This document shows, piece after piece, positions 12,036 through 24,898 of a DNA stretch of 64,000 bases; positions within the stretch are counted from its first letter, which is position 1, and every line of letters begins with the position of its first letter. This DNA is from Malacoraja senta. Its lineage: Eukaryota. The position numbers were made by a program, and so were the translations under genes. The DNA is taken from positions 134,292,001 to 134,356,000 of the forward strand of contig CM075978.1 in NCBI GenBank assembly GCA_038087875.1. The letters are read 5' to 3'. The notes beneath the pieces were generated by a model that was not told where the DNA came from, did no database searches, and was given only the letters and a program-made list of their open reading frames with translations.

Positions 12036-13464
12036 TATTTTATACTAAATTAAAGGAATTGCGAGGACATGACTGTCTCACATTAACTCCAGGAATGGTA
12101 GTGTGATGGAAAAGGCCATGTAATGCATCTCCTTGACTTGCACTGCAGGCTGTCATGGTAGAGAAGGGGAATGGTGGGGCTAATTAAACAGCAGACTTTG
12201 GACCAATGCAAGGAATACTGTAAAGAAAGAGGCAGGAAGGGTGTGCCTGGCAGTGGAGATGATGCAAGTGATCCAATTAATTGGGAGGTTGTGAGAGAGG
12301 AGAACTGTAGCAAAGGAAGGGATGAGAACAGGAAATGGAACAAACACCAACAGCCACAGTGGATGCAAATTTGCCACTGAGGGGGGGGGGGGGGGGAGTA
12401 AATGCATCAGAAGCACTAGAGCAAAGGTACTGGCAGAGAGAAACTGGGAGAATGGAATAGATGCCTTACACGATACAGAACAAGTGGGAGTTCAGCTAAG
12501 GTAGCTGTGGGAGCTATGGTTAGCCCAGTATTTCCAGTTTTTATACAAACATTGTGACTACAAGAACAGGGCTGTGGCTGGGTACTGATTTTCACTTCCT
12601 GACCTCTCAGTGACTTTTCATCAACAAAGAGACTGATGGAATACTTATTATTCACCTGGATAGTGCAGACTTGTCCAAAACCCAACGTCTGAGTGCTGTG
12701 ATACACTTGATTGCTCTACATCTCATTTAGACTTGAGATTTATCCTTTTAGCCCCCTCACATTATGATTGTAGTTAAAATCTATGGGATACTTTAAGGTC
12801 ATTTCTGGGCAGTGGGCAGGTGCTATAGACCTGCACGGGAAGGTAGACGCTTCTGCCCCCACGAGTCTCGGGCAGATGGGGCTCATCAGCCTGGGAAGGC
12901 AGTCCATCTAGGAGAGTGAAAACTCTGATTTAAAACCTCCACTGCCTTGTGGCCATATCCAGTCATGGAAAAGGCTCCAGGAGTAAACCTCAAGAAAATC
13001 TGGAGCCCCTAAGGCAGTTATTTGTTGTCTACAACCTCGCTCTGGCAGCTCCTGCGACAGAGCTGGTGCCAAACTGTAATGGCCCTGCTGTTCCTTTGGA
13101 TTCATCAGCGACGTGGAGAGGTGGGACGTGCTGCATGGGCAACAGCCTGTCCTCCATATGACATCGCCCAGGCTTGCATTTGACCAGGATGCATCACCCA
13201 TGGTCAGTCATGACCGAGGGGGGCCTACAAAAAAATGTCAACAACGTCCTCTGTAACTTCTGCAACTTACAGGATAGGACTAGTAATACACAGGAATACT
13301 ATTCTTACTTGAACATATATTACTTTTCCTTGCATATTATCGTAAATTTTTAGGACGTCCCTAAGTGTCAAAGTCAAACCAGGATAAGAAGCAGTTCAGC
13401 ACCACATTCTAAGGACAATTAAATATTAATGTACAGCTTTGCATTCCAAATAAAGGCCCTCCGT

Positions 13465-14042
13465 ATCATAGTCATAGTCATGGTGATACAGCGTGGAAAC
13501 AGGTCCTTTGGCCCAATTTGCCCACACACTAGCCAACATGTCCCAGCTACACTAGTCCCCACTTACCCGTGTTTGGCCATATCCCTCCCAAACCTGTCCT
13601 ATCCATGTACCTGTCTAAATGTTGGGATAGTCCCTGCCTCAACTACCCTTGCAGCTTGTTCCATACAAGACAACTCTTTGTGTGAAAAAAGGTTACCCCT
13701 CAGATTCCTATTAAATCTTTTCCCCCTTCACCGTAAACCTATGTCCTCTGGTGCTCGATTCACCTAGTTTGGGCAAGAGACTTTATGCATCTACCCGATC
13801 TATTCCTCTCATGATTTTATACATCTCTATAAGATCACCCCTCATCCTCCTGCGCTCGAAGGTATAGAGTCCCAGCCTACTCAACATCTCCCTATAGCTC
13901 GGACCCTCTAGCCCTGGCAACATCTTCGTAATTCTTTTCTGTACCCCTTCCAGCTTGATACCATCTTTCCTATAACATGGTGCCCAGAGTTGAACGCAAT
14001 ACTCTAAATGTGGGCTCACCAACATCTTATACAACTGCAACA
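13465..14042 (-). mobile_element. CR1 3' fragment
   Basis: LQLYKMLVSPHLEYCVQLWAP...RRMRGDLIEMYKIM; (ATGACT)n tail. Confidence 0.85.
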
Positions 14043-14637
14043 ATTTAAATTGTAGATTTCTTTGGAAATGTATATGAAGTAACTAATACATATTTAAACT
14101 GCCAGTTGTTAATTAATTGTCAATGGCAAATACATTCAGCAGTTGAATCCATAGAACTGCAGTAACTATGTAACTAGTTTCAGTGCAGCAATGCCAAAAG
14201 CACATTGGAAAATGCATTGCACCGTTCTCTGCTAAATCCAACAGAATAGGACGGTTCTAGTTTTGACGCAAAGTCTGTGCTGAGTTGAACGCTTTCAGCC
14301 AGGATATTTCAATCAGCAAAGTTATCCCAAATTAAGAGAATGAAAGAGTAACTAGATATTGTGGGTTAAATAAATGGTCATCATTGGAGTAAAGCGACAT
14401 TCTCAGCGTGGTTGTGAGGCTGCAAAAGGAGGAGGAAGCTTGATTTCAATTGGAAGAAGAAAGTGATTTAAAATCAAAGCATTGATGAATAAATTGTCAG
14501 TGTAGGTCACAGAAAAGCACTGCACTAATGGGTTTAAAGTATAAGTTAGGATTTGCAGAAGAATTTTGGTAGACTTTAAATAGGAAGCATGGAAGATGAA
14601 AGGCATGCTAAAGACTGGAATAATCGAGTTTAGACAT

Positions 14638-14760
14638 AGCAAGATTCAAGATTCAAGATTCAAGAGAGTTTATTGTCATGTGTCCCAGATAGGACAATGA
14701 AATTCTTACTTTGCTTCAGCACAACAGAATATTGTAGGCATAAATAAATACAGAACAGAT
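14638..14760 (-). mobile_element. LINE 3' tail (Rex1/Babar-like)
   Basis: (CAAGATT)x3 followed by TTTATTGTCA...ACAATGAAAT; related motifs at ~1065-1120 and ~26214-26270. Confidence 0.55.
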
Positions 14761-15229
14761 AAAGCATGAATAAGGATATACAAACAGAGAAGAGATTAAA
14801 GAAATGAATAGTCAATCTATAAGATGAAAATTTGATGATGCGTTGATTAAAAACAAACTTTTGTATTCATATGAATTGTTTCTTTTTTAATGTTATGCTG
14901 CGGATTCCCATGGCAATGAAGTACAGAGAGGCACAGATGTTACACATTCAGTGTGGCCCATGACTGTTGAGCTGTAGAATTGGTGATACCTTTTACATGT
15001 GTTGGTTGATTTTGGTGGAATGTTTAAAATGTTCGAAAGGTTTTGTTGGGCATTAATTATTTAATAAAAGCTGAGCAATTGTTTTTGTTTCTTACCTCTC
15101 TCTTTACAAAGACATTGGGACACATTTGAGGAAAATGTTCAGAACACATGCTGAGAAACAGGGAGGAAGTTACAAAGCTAGCCTGCCCAGTTACTGAGAA
15201 GCATACAATATAGAATGAGGCAAGAAAGA

Positions 15230-16040
15230 GAAATTTAGATCAGTAGCCAGAGAGACTGGCATAAAAAGAGTGCTGGGTTAATTTACGAAAGTAAAATAGG
15301 AAGCTGAAGAGGATTGCATGAAAGGGTTAAGGCTATTTTCAGGCAAAATTAAGGAGAACCTATTGCTTAATATATGTGTAAAGGGAATGTGGATAACAAA
15401 GGCAACTGAAGGACCAATATGATATCAAAACTGTATCCAGAATATGGAGGTGAAAGACATGGGAATGGTACTAAGTGAATATTATGTACATATATACACA
15501 AATTGAAGAAGTATACAGACATTAAAGTTAACAAAGATTGACTGAGGTTATTGAGTATGATAAACATTAAGTGGCTTAATATCTTCAAAAATGAGCACAT
15601 CTTCAGGTCCAGGTAAAATATATCCTTGATGTTAAGAGAAACAACTGAGGAAATAATGGAGGCCATGACCATTATTTTCAAACTATCTTTGGTAACAAGC
15701 ATGGCGCTTAAGGAAAGAAATAGTGCCAACATGATAACATGGTTACAAAAGAAAGAACGTAATAGATTGAGCAGTTATAAGTAAGTCAACCTAATTTGGT
15801 AGTGAACTAAATGTAGGAACAGTTCTCAAGGCAGATAAAACATTACTTGGAAAGCAGAGTTTAATCAAGAGCAGACAATATGGAAATTATATTTTTTGAT
15901 AAGGTAACAATTAGTATCGTTAAGCTTGATACATTTTATGTTGTCTAAATAGATTTTTGCAAAAGGTTTAATAAGGTCCTACATTAGAGAAGTAAAATAC
16001 TTGAAGGTAAATGGAATGGTAGAAAATTAATCCAAAATTG
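15230..16040 (+). mobile_element. Old, highly decayed CR1 ORF2 relic
   Basis: Residual nucleotide similarity to the RT N-terminal region of the 20-24 kb CR1; no intact frame. Confidence 0.5.
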
Positions 16041-17159
16041 TGATGAACTAAAGCCCCTTCTTCCATGTTAAAGTAATAATATCAACCTATATCCCCATCT
16101 CCTGTCTCTATCCATCGATGGTGATGAACTGATGATCCTTTCAGTTCTCTCGACTCAGCAAACTAGAATAATTAAACTAAACTAATCCTCGCCCCTCCGT
16201 ATTCCCCTTCTAAACTCCTCCACAAAACCTATATTCCTAATATTTTATTCCTTGGCTGAACAATTATGTTCCCCTTGTACTTATCTGAAGTGTTATAATT
16301 ACACTAGAGAATCTATTATTAAATACAAATTGTTGCGATGTTTTTTTCAATTGCAAATATATTTTCAGGATGCATTACTAACTATCATTCAGTACAGTCA
16401 AACTTTGATATGTATTTTGACTTATCTTCTAATTTGATCATCCATATAAAACTGTTCTCTTATGGGTGATCTAGAGATTTTACTGCTCCCAGCTCACACT
16501 TAAATTTCATGCAAGAGGCCCAACATTTGGAAATGCTGTAAATCTGCAGTGTATCACTACTATTACATACATATTGTGAACAATCGGAACGGCATACTTG
16601 TTAATAATTTGGTTGGAAGCTTGATAAGGTGCAGAAATATTATTCTATCACTGACTTCACAAATTGACAAAGATCGCAAAAAGTCTATAATGCTTTTGAG
16701 ATCCAAATTATTTTCGTGGGGATTATTTTGACTGATTTCGTGACTTAAATACTGGGCAAGTAAATATGAATTGCGATTTCTAGGGAATGTATGTTTACCT
16801 ATAAGGTGGTCTGAACTGCTGAATCCAAGAATATTACTCAGATGAAAGCCTAAATTCCTGAAAGCCCCTGTGTTAATATCTCCGTTTAATGTTCCTCCAG
16901 TATTGCATTAGTGGATCTGACTGCAATACTGGTCACAATTTTTTTAGCTAAAGCAAGTACTCTATAGTGCTGCTCAATGGATGGAACTACAATGCAATTC
17001 GGGAACAACTTTTAGGCCTCTGAGGAAAATCACTGTGGAAGACCCTAGCAATTTTTTTTTGTGGTAGACAGCTTGAAGACCTCACTGTTCATACCCCAAT
17101 TGGAACTTTCTTAAAGATGGTCATGATTATGATGGCTCTGATTTCCCGAACGTGGTGGC

Positions 17160-18372
17160 AAATGGAATACAGTGTAGCAAAGTGTACGGTCATGGACTTT
17201 GGTAGAAGAAATAAAGGTGTGGACTATTTTTTTTAAATGGGGAGAGGATTTAGAAATGGGAAGTGCAAAGGGACTTGGGAGTGCTTGTGCAGAATTCCTA
17301 AAAGGTCAATGTGCAGGTTGAGGCAAATGAAAATGTACCATTAATTTTGAGAGGACTAGAACAACAAAAAGGCAAGGATATAAAGCTGAGGCTTTGTAAG
17401 GCAGTGGTCAGACCACATTTGGAATATTATGTGTACTTTTCAGCCCCATATCTAGGTAATCACGTGTTAGAATTGGAGAGGATCAGGAGGAGGTTCAAGA
17501 GAATTTTCCTGAGGATTTGTAGGAAGGAACAGCAGATGCTGGTTTAAACCGAAGATAGACACAAAATGCTGGAGTAACACAGTGAGACAGGCAGCATCAC
17601 TGGAGAGAAGGAATGGGTAACGTTTCGGGTCAAGAATTACTCCAGCATTTTGTGCCTATCCTGAGGATGATTGGGTTAACATTTGAATGTTCTCACTGGA
17701 GTTGAGAAGGAAGAGGGGGGAATTCATTGAAACCTATCGAGTAATGAAAGGCCTGGATGGAGTGTATATGGAGAAGATGTTTCCAGTAGTGGGAGAGTCT
17801 AGGACCAGGGAGCAGAACCTCACAATAAAAGAGGTCCCTTTAAAATAGAGATGAGGATCAATTTCTTTAGCCAAAGGGTGGTGAATCTGTGGAATATATT
17901 GCCACAAATGGCTGTGGGGGGCATGCCATTGGGTGTTTTTAATACAGAGATTGATAGCTTCTTGATTAATAAGGGCGTCAAAGGTTACGGGGAAAAGACA
18001 AGAGAATGGGGTTGAGAGGGAAAAATAGATCAGCCAAGTATGAATGGCGGAGCAGACTCGACAGGCTGAATGCCTTAATTATGCACCTTTGTCGTGATAT
18101 TATGATCTTATGATATCTCCTTCACATTCCATACTTTAGTCAGATGTGGTGAATCCATGGAATTCATTGCCATGGATGGCTGTGAATGCCAGGTCAATGG
18201 ATATTTTAAGGCGGAGATTGACAGATTATTGATTAGAAAGGGTGTTGGGAGAAGGGGAGAAGGCAGGAGAATGGGGTTGAGAGGGAAAGATAGATCAGCT
18301 ATGATTGAATGGCGGAGTAGACTTGAGGGGCTAGATGGCCTAATTCTGCTCCTATAGCATGAACTTATGAAC
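17160..18372 (+). mobile_element. Two adjacent CR1 3' fragments (~17160-18100 and ~18145-18372)
   Basis: VRPHLEY motif; both end in ATCAGC...ATGAATGGCGGAG...GGCCTAATT 3'UTR. Confidence 0.8.
17517..17658 (-). mobile_element. Short Penelope pLTR-derived insert with inverted end, inside a CR1
   Basis: TSD TCCTGAGGAT at 17507-17516 and 17659-17668. Confidence 0.78.
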
Positions 18373-18778
18373 ATATGCAGGAAATTCGATTGTGAACTTG
18401 TGACTTAAGTGACTTGAGATTGACAAGATAGTTTGCTATGGAATAAGGTCAAGGAGGCTCAATCAAGGCCAGAGGCATGGATGAGTAGATTCCAGTGGAC
18501 ACTAATTGTCTTGCCATGGATACTGCTTACCTCTCTGTCCTGAAGACATTTCAACCTACTCTTGGCTATCAAAAGGGTGTGTACATGATTGTTTGAGCCA
18601 CAAATTACCCTGTGATTGTCCCACCAACATTTATTCTTCAGATCATTGTCATTCTGTTCGACCTCAACCTCCAAGTGCCTGCAGAACTGTTTCAGGGGCA
18701 GCAGAGCTTCCAATCCAAGTAGACCTTGCATTTGTAGTTAATTAACTCTGAGATCTCCTGCTTATTTCAAGAAGCAAA

Positions 18779-19070
18779 GGGCAGCACAGTGACGCTGCGG
18801 TGGAGTTGCTGCCTTACAGTGCCAGAGACCTAGGTTCGATCCTGACTACGGATGCTGTCTGTACAGAGTTTGTACATTCTCCCTGTGAGCATGTGGGTTT
18901 TCTCCAGGTGCTCCGGTTTCCTCCCACACTCCAAAAGATGTGCAGGTTTGTAGGTTAATTGGCTTCTATATATATGTGTAGGATAGAACAAGTGCACAGG
19001 TGATCGTTGGGCGGCACAGACACAGCGGAGCATGTTTCCACGCTGTAGCTCTAAAACTAAAATAAACTAA
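18779..19070 (+). mobile_element. HE1-like V-SINE
   Basis: A-box-like head, GGTTCGATCC B-box, GGTGCTCCGGTTTCCTCCCACACTCCAAA central domain, (CTAAA)n tail. Confidence 0.85.
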
Positions 19071-19084
19071 AGCTAACCAGAAGA

Positions 19085-19243
19085 GTCACAGCAGTAGAGT
19101 TGCTTCCTTGCAGCACCAGAGACCCTGGTTTAATCCTGACTAAGGGTGCTGTCTGTATAAAATTTGCACGTTCTCCCTGTGACCATGTGGGTTTTCCCCA
19201 GGTGCTCCGGTTTCCTCTGCATCTCTAAACTAAACTAAACTAA
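19085..19243 (+). mobile_element. Second, internally deleted HE1-like SINE in tandem
   Basis: Repeats the head and central domain of 18779-18925 and jumps directly to the (CTAAA)n tail. Confidence 0.78.
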
Positions 19244-20239
19244 ATAGAATCAACCACCATACAAAGAGTTTGACATCACAAATACTTTGACCTCCAACTA
19301 CTCAGATGGTCTGTGGATATCTTACTCAAATTTAGAAGTTTAAAAAAAAAATGTCCTTAATTCTATGTCTCCTAAAACTGTCATACGTTTCCACAGTCCA
19401 TTGAGACAAAAGTGAACCAGCTGGATTGGGGAAATGTTTCCAGGATGTTCTCCAAGCCTCCTTGAAAAAGTGTAACATCTTCAGTCAAATGGGATCACTG
19501 GCCTATGACCTCTCAAGTTGGTGAAAGGGCGTACAGAATGGCATTAAGAAACTGGAGTCACATCACCATCTGCATCTCTCGTTTCCCTTCTCGCTAACCT
19601 GTCTGCAGGGCCGGATTTACGTATATGCTAGACAAGCTTAAACTTAGGGTCTCGAGATCTAGGGGGGCCTCGGACCGCTCCACCAAGGTGTATATTGACA
19701 TATTCGTATTTTCTGAGCCTTGTCCTTTCAACAGTCAGGAGTGTTCGAGTCGGTGCTCGGCTGCAAGTTTAACAATGTCAGAACCAGCTCCGACTGTGCC
19801 CAACCTGCCTGCTTCAGGGGTGAAGAGATAAGGCTCCTGGCGGGGTAAAGGGTGGGTGTGAACGAGCAGCCACCCGCTATGATATGCGGAATGGTCCTTT
19901 CTATAGTTAATCCTGTTCACAGTATCTGATGGGGCTGGTTTCCCGCCCACCGGGACCTCCCATGCTTTGCCTGCTGACCCTGGCCATTCCACCGCCCTCC
20001 AGCAGCCCGCAGCCATCACCTTACGTGCAGCCTGGACTCAGCACCGGGCCTGAAGTTTCCATGCTGCAGACTCCAACTCCCCTGAGTTTGACTGCACTGG
20101 GTCCTAGTGCTAGTCACCCCAACCCTGATAACATAGAAACATAGAAACATAGAAAATAGGTGCAGGAGTAGGCCATTCGGCCCTTCGAGCCTGCACCGCC
20201 ATTCAATATGATCATGGCTGATCATCCAACTCAGTATCC

Positions 20240-23030
20240 TGTACCTGCCTTCTCTCCATACCCCCTGATCCCTTTAGCCACAAGGGCCACATCTAACTCC
20301 CTCTTAAATATAGCCAATGAACTGGCCTCGACTACCTTCTGTGGCAGAGAGTTCTAGAGATTCACCACTCTCTGTGTGAAAAATGTTTTTCTCATCTCGG
20401 TCCCAAAGGATTTCCCCTTAATCCTTAAACTGTGACCCCTTGTCCTGGACTTCCCCAACATCGGGAACAATCTTCCTGCATCTACCCTGTCCAACCCCTT
20501 AAGAATTTTGTACGTTTCTATAAGATCCCCCCTCAATCTTCTAAATTCTAGCGAGTACAAGCCGAGTCTATCCAGTCTTTCTTCATATGAAAGTCCTGAC
20601 ATCCCAGGAATCAATCTGGTGAACCTTCTCTGTACTCCCTCTATGGCAAGAATGTCTTTCCTCAGATTTGGAGACCGAAACTGTACACAATACTCCAGGT
20701 GTGGTCTCACCAAGACCCTGTACAACTGCTCCTATACTCAAATCCTTTTGCTATGAATGCTAACATACCATTCGCTTTCTTCACTGCCTGCTGCACCTGC
20801 ATGCCTACTTTCAATGACTGGTGTACCATGACACCCAGGTCTCGTTGCATCTCCCCTTTTCCTAATCGGCCACCATTTAGATAATAGTCTACTTTCCTGT
20901 TTTTGCCACCAAAGTGGATAACCTCACATTTATCCACATTATACTGCATCTGCCATGCATTTGCCCACTCACCCAGCCTATCCAAGTCACCTTGCAGCCT
21001 CCTAGCATCCTCCTCACAGCTAACACTGCCCCCCAGCTTCGTGTCATCCGCAAACTTGGAGATGTTGCATTCAATTCCCTCGTCCAAATCATTAATATAT
21101 ATTGTAAATAGCTGGGGTCCCAGCACTGAGCCTTGCGGTACCCCACTAGTCACTGCCTGCTATTCTGAAAAGGACCCTTTACTACTACCCTTTGCTTCCT
21201 GTTTGCCAGCCAGTTCTCTATCCACATCAATACTGAACCCACAATACCGTGTGCTTTAAGTTTGTATACTAATCTCTTATGTGGGACCTTGTCGAAAGCC
21301 TTCTGAAAGTCCAGATATAACACATCCGCTGGTTCTCCCTCATCCACTCTACTAGTTACATCCTCGAAAAATTCTATAAGATTCGTCAGACATGATTTAC
21401 CTTTTGTAAATCCATGCTGACTTTGTCCAATGATTTCACCACTTTCCAAATGTGCTGCTATCCCATCTTTAATAACTGACTAGCAGTTTCCCCACTACCG
21501 ATGTTAGACTAACTGGTCTGTAATTCCCCGTTTTCTCTCTCCCTCCCTTTTTTAAAAGGGGGGTTACATTAGCTACCCCCCAATCCTCAGGAACTACTCC
21601 AGATTCTAAGGAGTTCTGAAAAATTATCACTAATTCATCCACTATTTCTGGGGCTACTTCCTTAAGTACTCTGGGATGTAGCCTATCTGGCCCTGGGGAT
21701 TTATCGGCCTTTAATCCATTCAATTTACCTAACACCACTTCCCGGCTAATGTGGATTTCACTCAGTTCCTCTATCTCATTTGACCCGCGGTCCCCTGCTA
21801 TTTCCGGCAGATTATTTATGTCTTCCTCAGTGAAGACAGAACCAAAGTAGTTATTCAATTGGTCTGCCATGTCCTTGTTCCCCATGATCAATTCACCTGT
21901 TTCTGACTGCAAGGGACCTACATTTCTTTTAACTAATCTCTTTCTCTTCACATATCTATAAAAACTTTTGCAGTCAGTTTTTATGTTCCCTGCCAGTTTT
22001 CTTTCATAATCTATTTTCCCTTTCCTAATTAAGCCTTTTGTCCTCCTCTGCTGGACTCTGAATTTCTCCCAGTCCTCTGGTAGGCTGCTTTTTCTGGCTA
22101 ATTTGTACGCTTCATCTTTTGTTTTAATACTATGCCTGATTTCCCTTGTTATCCACGGATGCACTACTATCCCTGATTTATTCTTTTGCCAAACTGGGAT
22201 GAACAATTTTTGTAGTTCATCCATGCAGTCTTTAAATGCCTTCCATTGCATATCCACCGTCAACCCTTTAAGAATCAATTGCCAGTCAATCTTGGCCAAT
22301 TCACGTTTCATACCCTCAAAGTTACCTTTCTTTAAGTTCAGAACCCTTGTTTCTGAATTAACAATGTCACTTTCCTTCCTAATGAAGAACTCAACCACAT
22401 TATGGTCACTCTTGCCCAAGGGGCCACGCACAACAAGACTGCTAACTAACCCTTCCTCATTACTCAATACCCAGTCTAGAATAGCCTGCTCTCTCGTTGG
22501 TTCCTCTACATGTTGGTTTAGAAAACTATCCCGCATACATTCCAAGAAATCCTCTTCCTCAGCACCCCTGCCAATTTGATTCACCCAATCTATATGTAGA
22601 TTGAAGTCACCCATTATAACTGTTTTACTTTTGTTGCACGCATTTCTAATTTCCTGTTTGATGCCATCCCCAACTCCAGTACTACTGTTAGGTGGCCTGT
22701 ACACAACACCCACTAGCGTTTTCTGCCCCTTAGTGTTTCGTAGCTCTACCCATATCGATTTCACATCCTCCAAGCTAATATCCTTCCTGTCCATTGCGTT
22801 AATCTCCTCTCTAACCAGCAACGCTACCCCACCTCCTTTTCCTTTCTGTCTATCCTGAATATTGAATATCCCTGGATGTTCAGCTCCCAGCCTTGGTCAT
22901 CCTGGAGCCATGTCTCCGTGATCCCAACTATATCATAATCATTAATAGCTATCTGCACATTCAACTCATCCACCTTATTACGAATGCTCCTTGCATTGAG
23001 ACACAAAGCCTTCAGGCTTGTTTTTACAAC
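20240..23030 (-). pseudogene. CR1 ORF2 (APE endonuclease + reverse transcriptase), broken by several frameshifts
   Basis: ORF-track pieces 22824-23360, 21469-22821, 21150-21449, 20707-21153 and 20354-20725 give consecutive domains (LNARSIRNK, GITETWL, GDFN, SDHN, FADD). Confidence 0.9.
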
Positions 23031-23323
23031 GCTCATACCCCTTATATAATTATGTTGAAAAGTGGCCCTTTTTGATTTTTGCCCAGGATTTGTCTGCCTG
23101 CCACGTTTACTTTTCACCTTGCTACCTATTGCTTCTACCCTCATTTTACACCCCTCTGTCTCTCTGCTCACACATTTAAGAAACCCACCACCTCTTATTC
23201 TCTGTTTATTATTTTTTTCTTCTTTCCCCCCTACCTGTTGGGTCTGAGTGCTTCCCTTCTCTGCCTCCTGCCTCACACACCGTCTACAAGCTTCCTCTAT
23301 TTGAGTCCCTCCCCCCAACCATT

Positions 23324-24256
23324 CTAGTTTAAAGTTTCCCCTGTAGCCTTTGCAAATCACCCCGCCAGGATATTGGTCCCCCTCGGGTTCAAGTGCAATC
23401 CGTCCTTTTTGTACAGGTCACACCTTCCCCAAAAGAGGTCCCAATGATCCAGAAACTTGAATCCCTGCCCACTGCACCAGTCCTTCAGCCACGCATTTAT
23501 CCTCCACCTCGCTCCATTCCTACTCTCACTGTCGCATGGCACAGGCAGTAATCCCGAGATTGTTACCTTTGCGGTCCTTCTCCTTAACTCTCCTCCTAAC
23601 TCCCTAAATTCTCCTTTCAGGACCTCTTCCTTTTTTCTACCTATGTCATTGGTACCTATATGTACCACGACCTCAGGCTCCTCTCCCACCCATTTCAGGA
23701 TATCTTGGACACGTTCAGACACATCCAGGGAGGCACCAGGGAGGCAAACTACCATCCGGGTCTCCTGACTGCATCCACAGAATCGCCCATCTGACCGCCT
23801 AACTATAGAGTCCCCTATTACTACTGCCCTCCTCTTCTTTTCCTTACCCTTCTGAGCAACAGGGCCAGTCTCTGTACCGGAGGCCTGGCCGCTGTCGCTA
23901 CCCCCAGATAGGCTGTCCCCCCCAACAGTACTCAAACAGGAGTACTTATTGTCAAGGTGTACAGCCACTGGGGTACTCCCTAGTCCCTGCCTCTGCCCCT
24001 TGCCCTTCCTAACCGTGACCCACTTGCCTGCCTCCTGTGGTCTTGGAGTGACCACCTCTCTGTAACTCCTCTCTATGACTTTCTCACTCTCCCTGACCAG
24101 ACGGAGGTCATCGAGCTGCTGCTCCAAGTTCCTAATACGGTCCCTTAGGAGCCCCATCTCAATGCACCTGGCGCAGATGTGGACGTCTGGAAGGCTATCA
24201 GATTCCTTGACCTCCCACATCTGACATCCAGAACAGTAAACTGCCCTGGCCCTCAT
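23324..24256 (-). pseudogene. CR1 ORF1 (Zn-finger, coiled coil, SGNH esterase); frameshifted near the C-terminus
   Basis: MRARAVYCSGCQMWEV...CARC, GDSIVR, HIGTNDIG and KDGLHLN are the SGNH blocks typical of CR1 ORF1. Confidence 0.85.
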
Positions 24257-24275
24257 ACTCCTCCTGTACCTAGGA

Positions 24276-24340
24276 TACAATACAAATACAATACAATACA
24301 AAGTGCAATACAATACAATACAATACAAATACAATACAAT
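24276..24340. repeat. (CAATA)n microsatellite in the CR1 5'UTR
   Basis: Repeated ATACA/CAATA units just upstream of ORF1. Confidence 0.88.
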
Positions 24341-24430
24341 CTGCTGGAAGAAATCAGCAGGGATCTGACTCCCAATCAGCGGCTTCCTCAAGCCTACTTG
24401 TTTTGGACTGTAAACTGCGAATGGAACGTT

Positions 24431-24898
24431 ACCGATTTGGGTTCCTCCTCCCACACCAACAGCTCCAACGGCTCCCGGGCTTCTGTGGAACGAAGCCCCA
24501 CGATGGGGTTTTGTACTCACCGCCCGGACTTTACTCCTCCCACAACAACAGCTCCAACGGCTCCCGGGCCTCTCAGTGGCTGTTCCACTGGGTCTTCCCC
24601 ATTCCCCTGAAACCATGTGACCCCAGCTCTTCCCCACCCACACTACAGTCCTCATACCCCCCTACCCCCTGACCACCCACCAGCCCCCCAGCAGACATCG
24701 CCTCGGCCTCAGTCCACTCACCTGCCTTCCTCTGGCCCCAACCCCCAACCCCCATCCCTGCCGGGTGTTCACCATCCCCCCTGACCTCCTCCTCTCAGAT
24801 ACCGAACGGTCTGTCCGCAGCAGAGGCCTCACCTTTGTCCCCCTCCGTCCCCACCTCAATGAGTTCCGCACCCGCCACGATTTGGAGCTCTTCTTCCG
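24431..24898 (+). mobile_element. Penelope-like element ORF fragment (N-terminal region); probably continues at ~19900-20129 on the other side of the CR1
   Basis: FTIPPDLLLSDTERSVRSRGLTFVPLRPHLNEFRTRHDLELFFR resembles the LS..E.SVLSKGL.F.P motif upstream of PLE RT. C-rich sequence flanks both sides of the CR1. Confidence 0.65.

Larger units (their letters stand above)
20130..24430 (-). mobile_element. Near full-length CR1-clade (HER1-like) LINE
   Basis: (TTTCTATG)n 3' tail at ~20131-20154; ORF2 pieces with APE and RT (YLDFQKAFDKVPH, SGVPQGSVLGP, KFADDTKL, RPHLEYCVQF); esterase ORF1. 5' end approximate. Confidence 0.95.

Noticed and set aside
12830-13230. Possible RTE-type LINE 5' region (and RTE-like relic at ~19420-19560)
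   Set aside because: Looks repeat-derived, but I could not fix the family or boundaries.
18779-18850. tRNA gene (also 4935-5008)
   Set aside because: tRNA-derived SINE heads continuing into SINE body; no complete cloverleaf.
22103-22858. Plus-strand ORFs of 85-158 aa
   Set aside because: Antisense shadows of CR1 ORF2.
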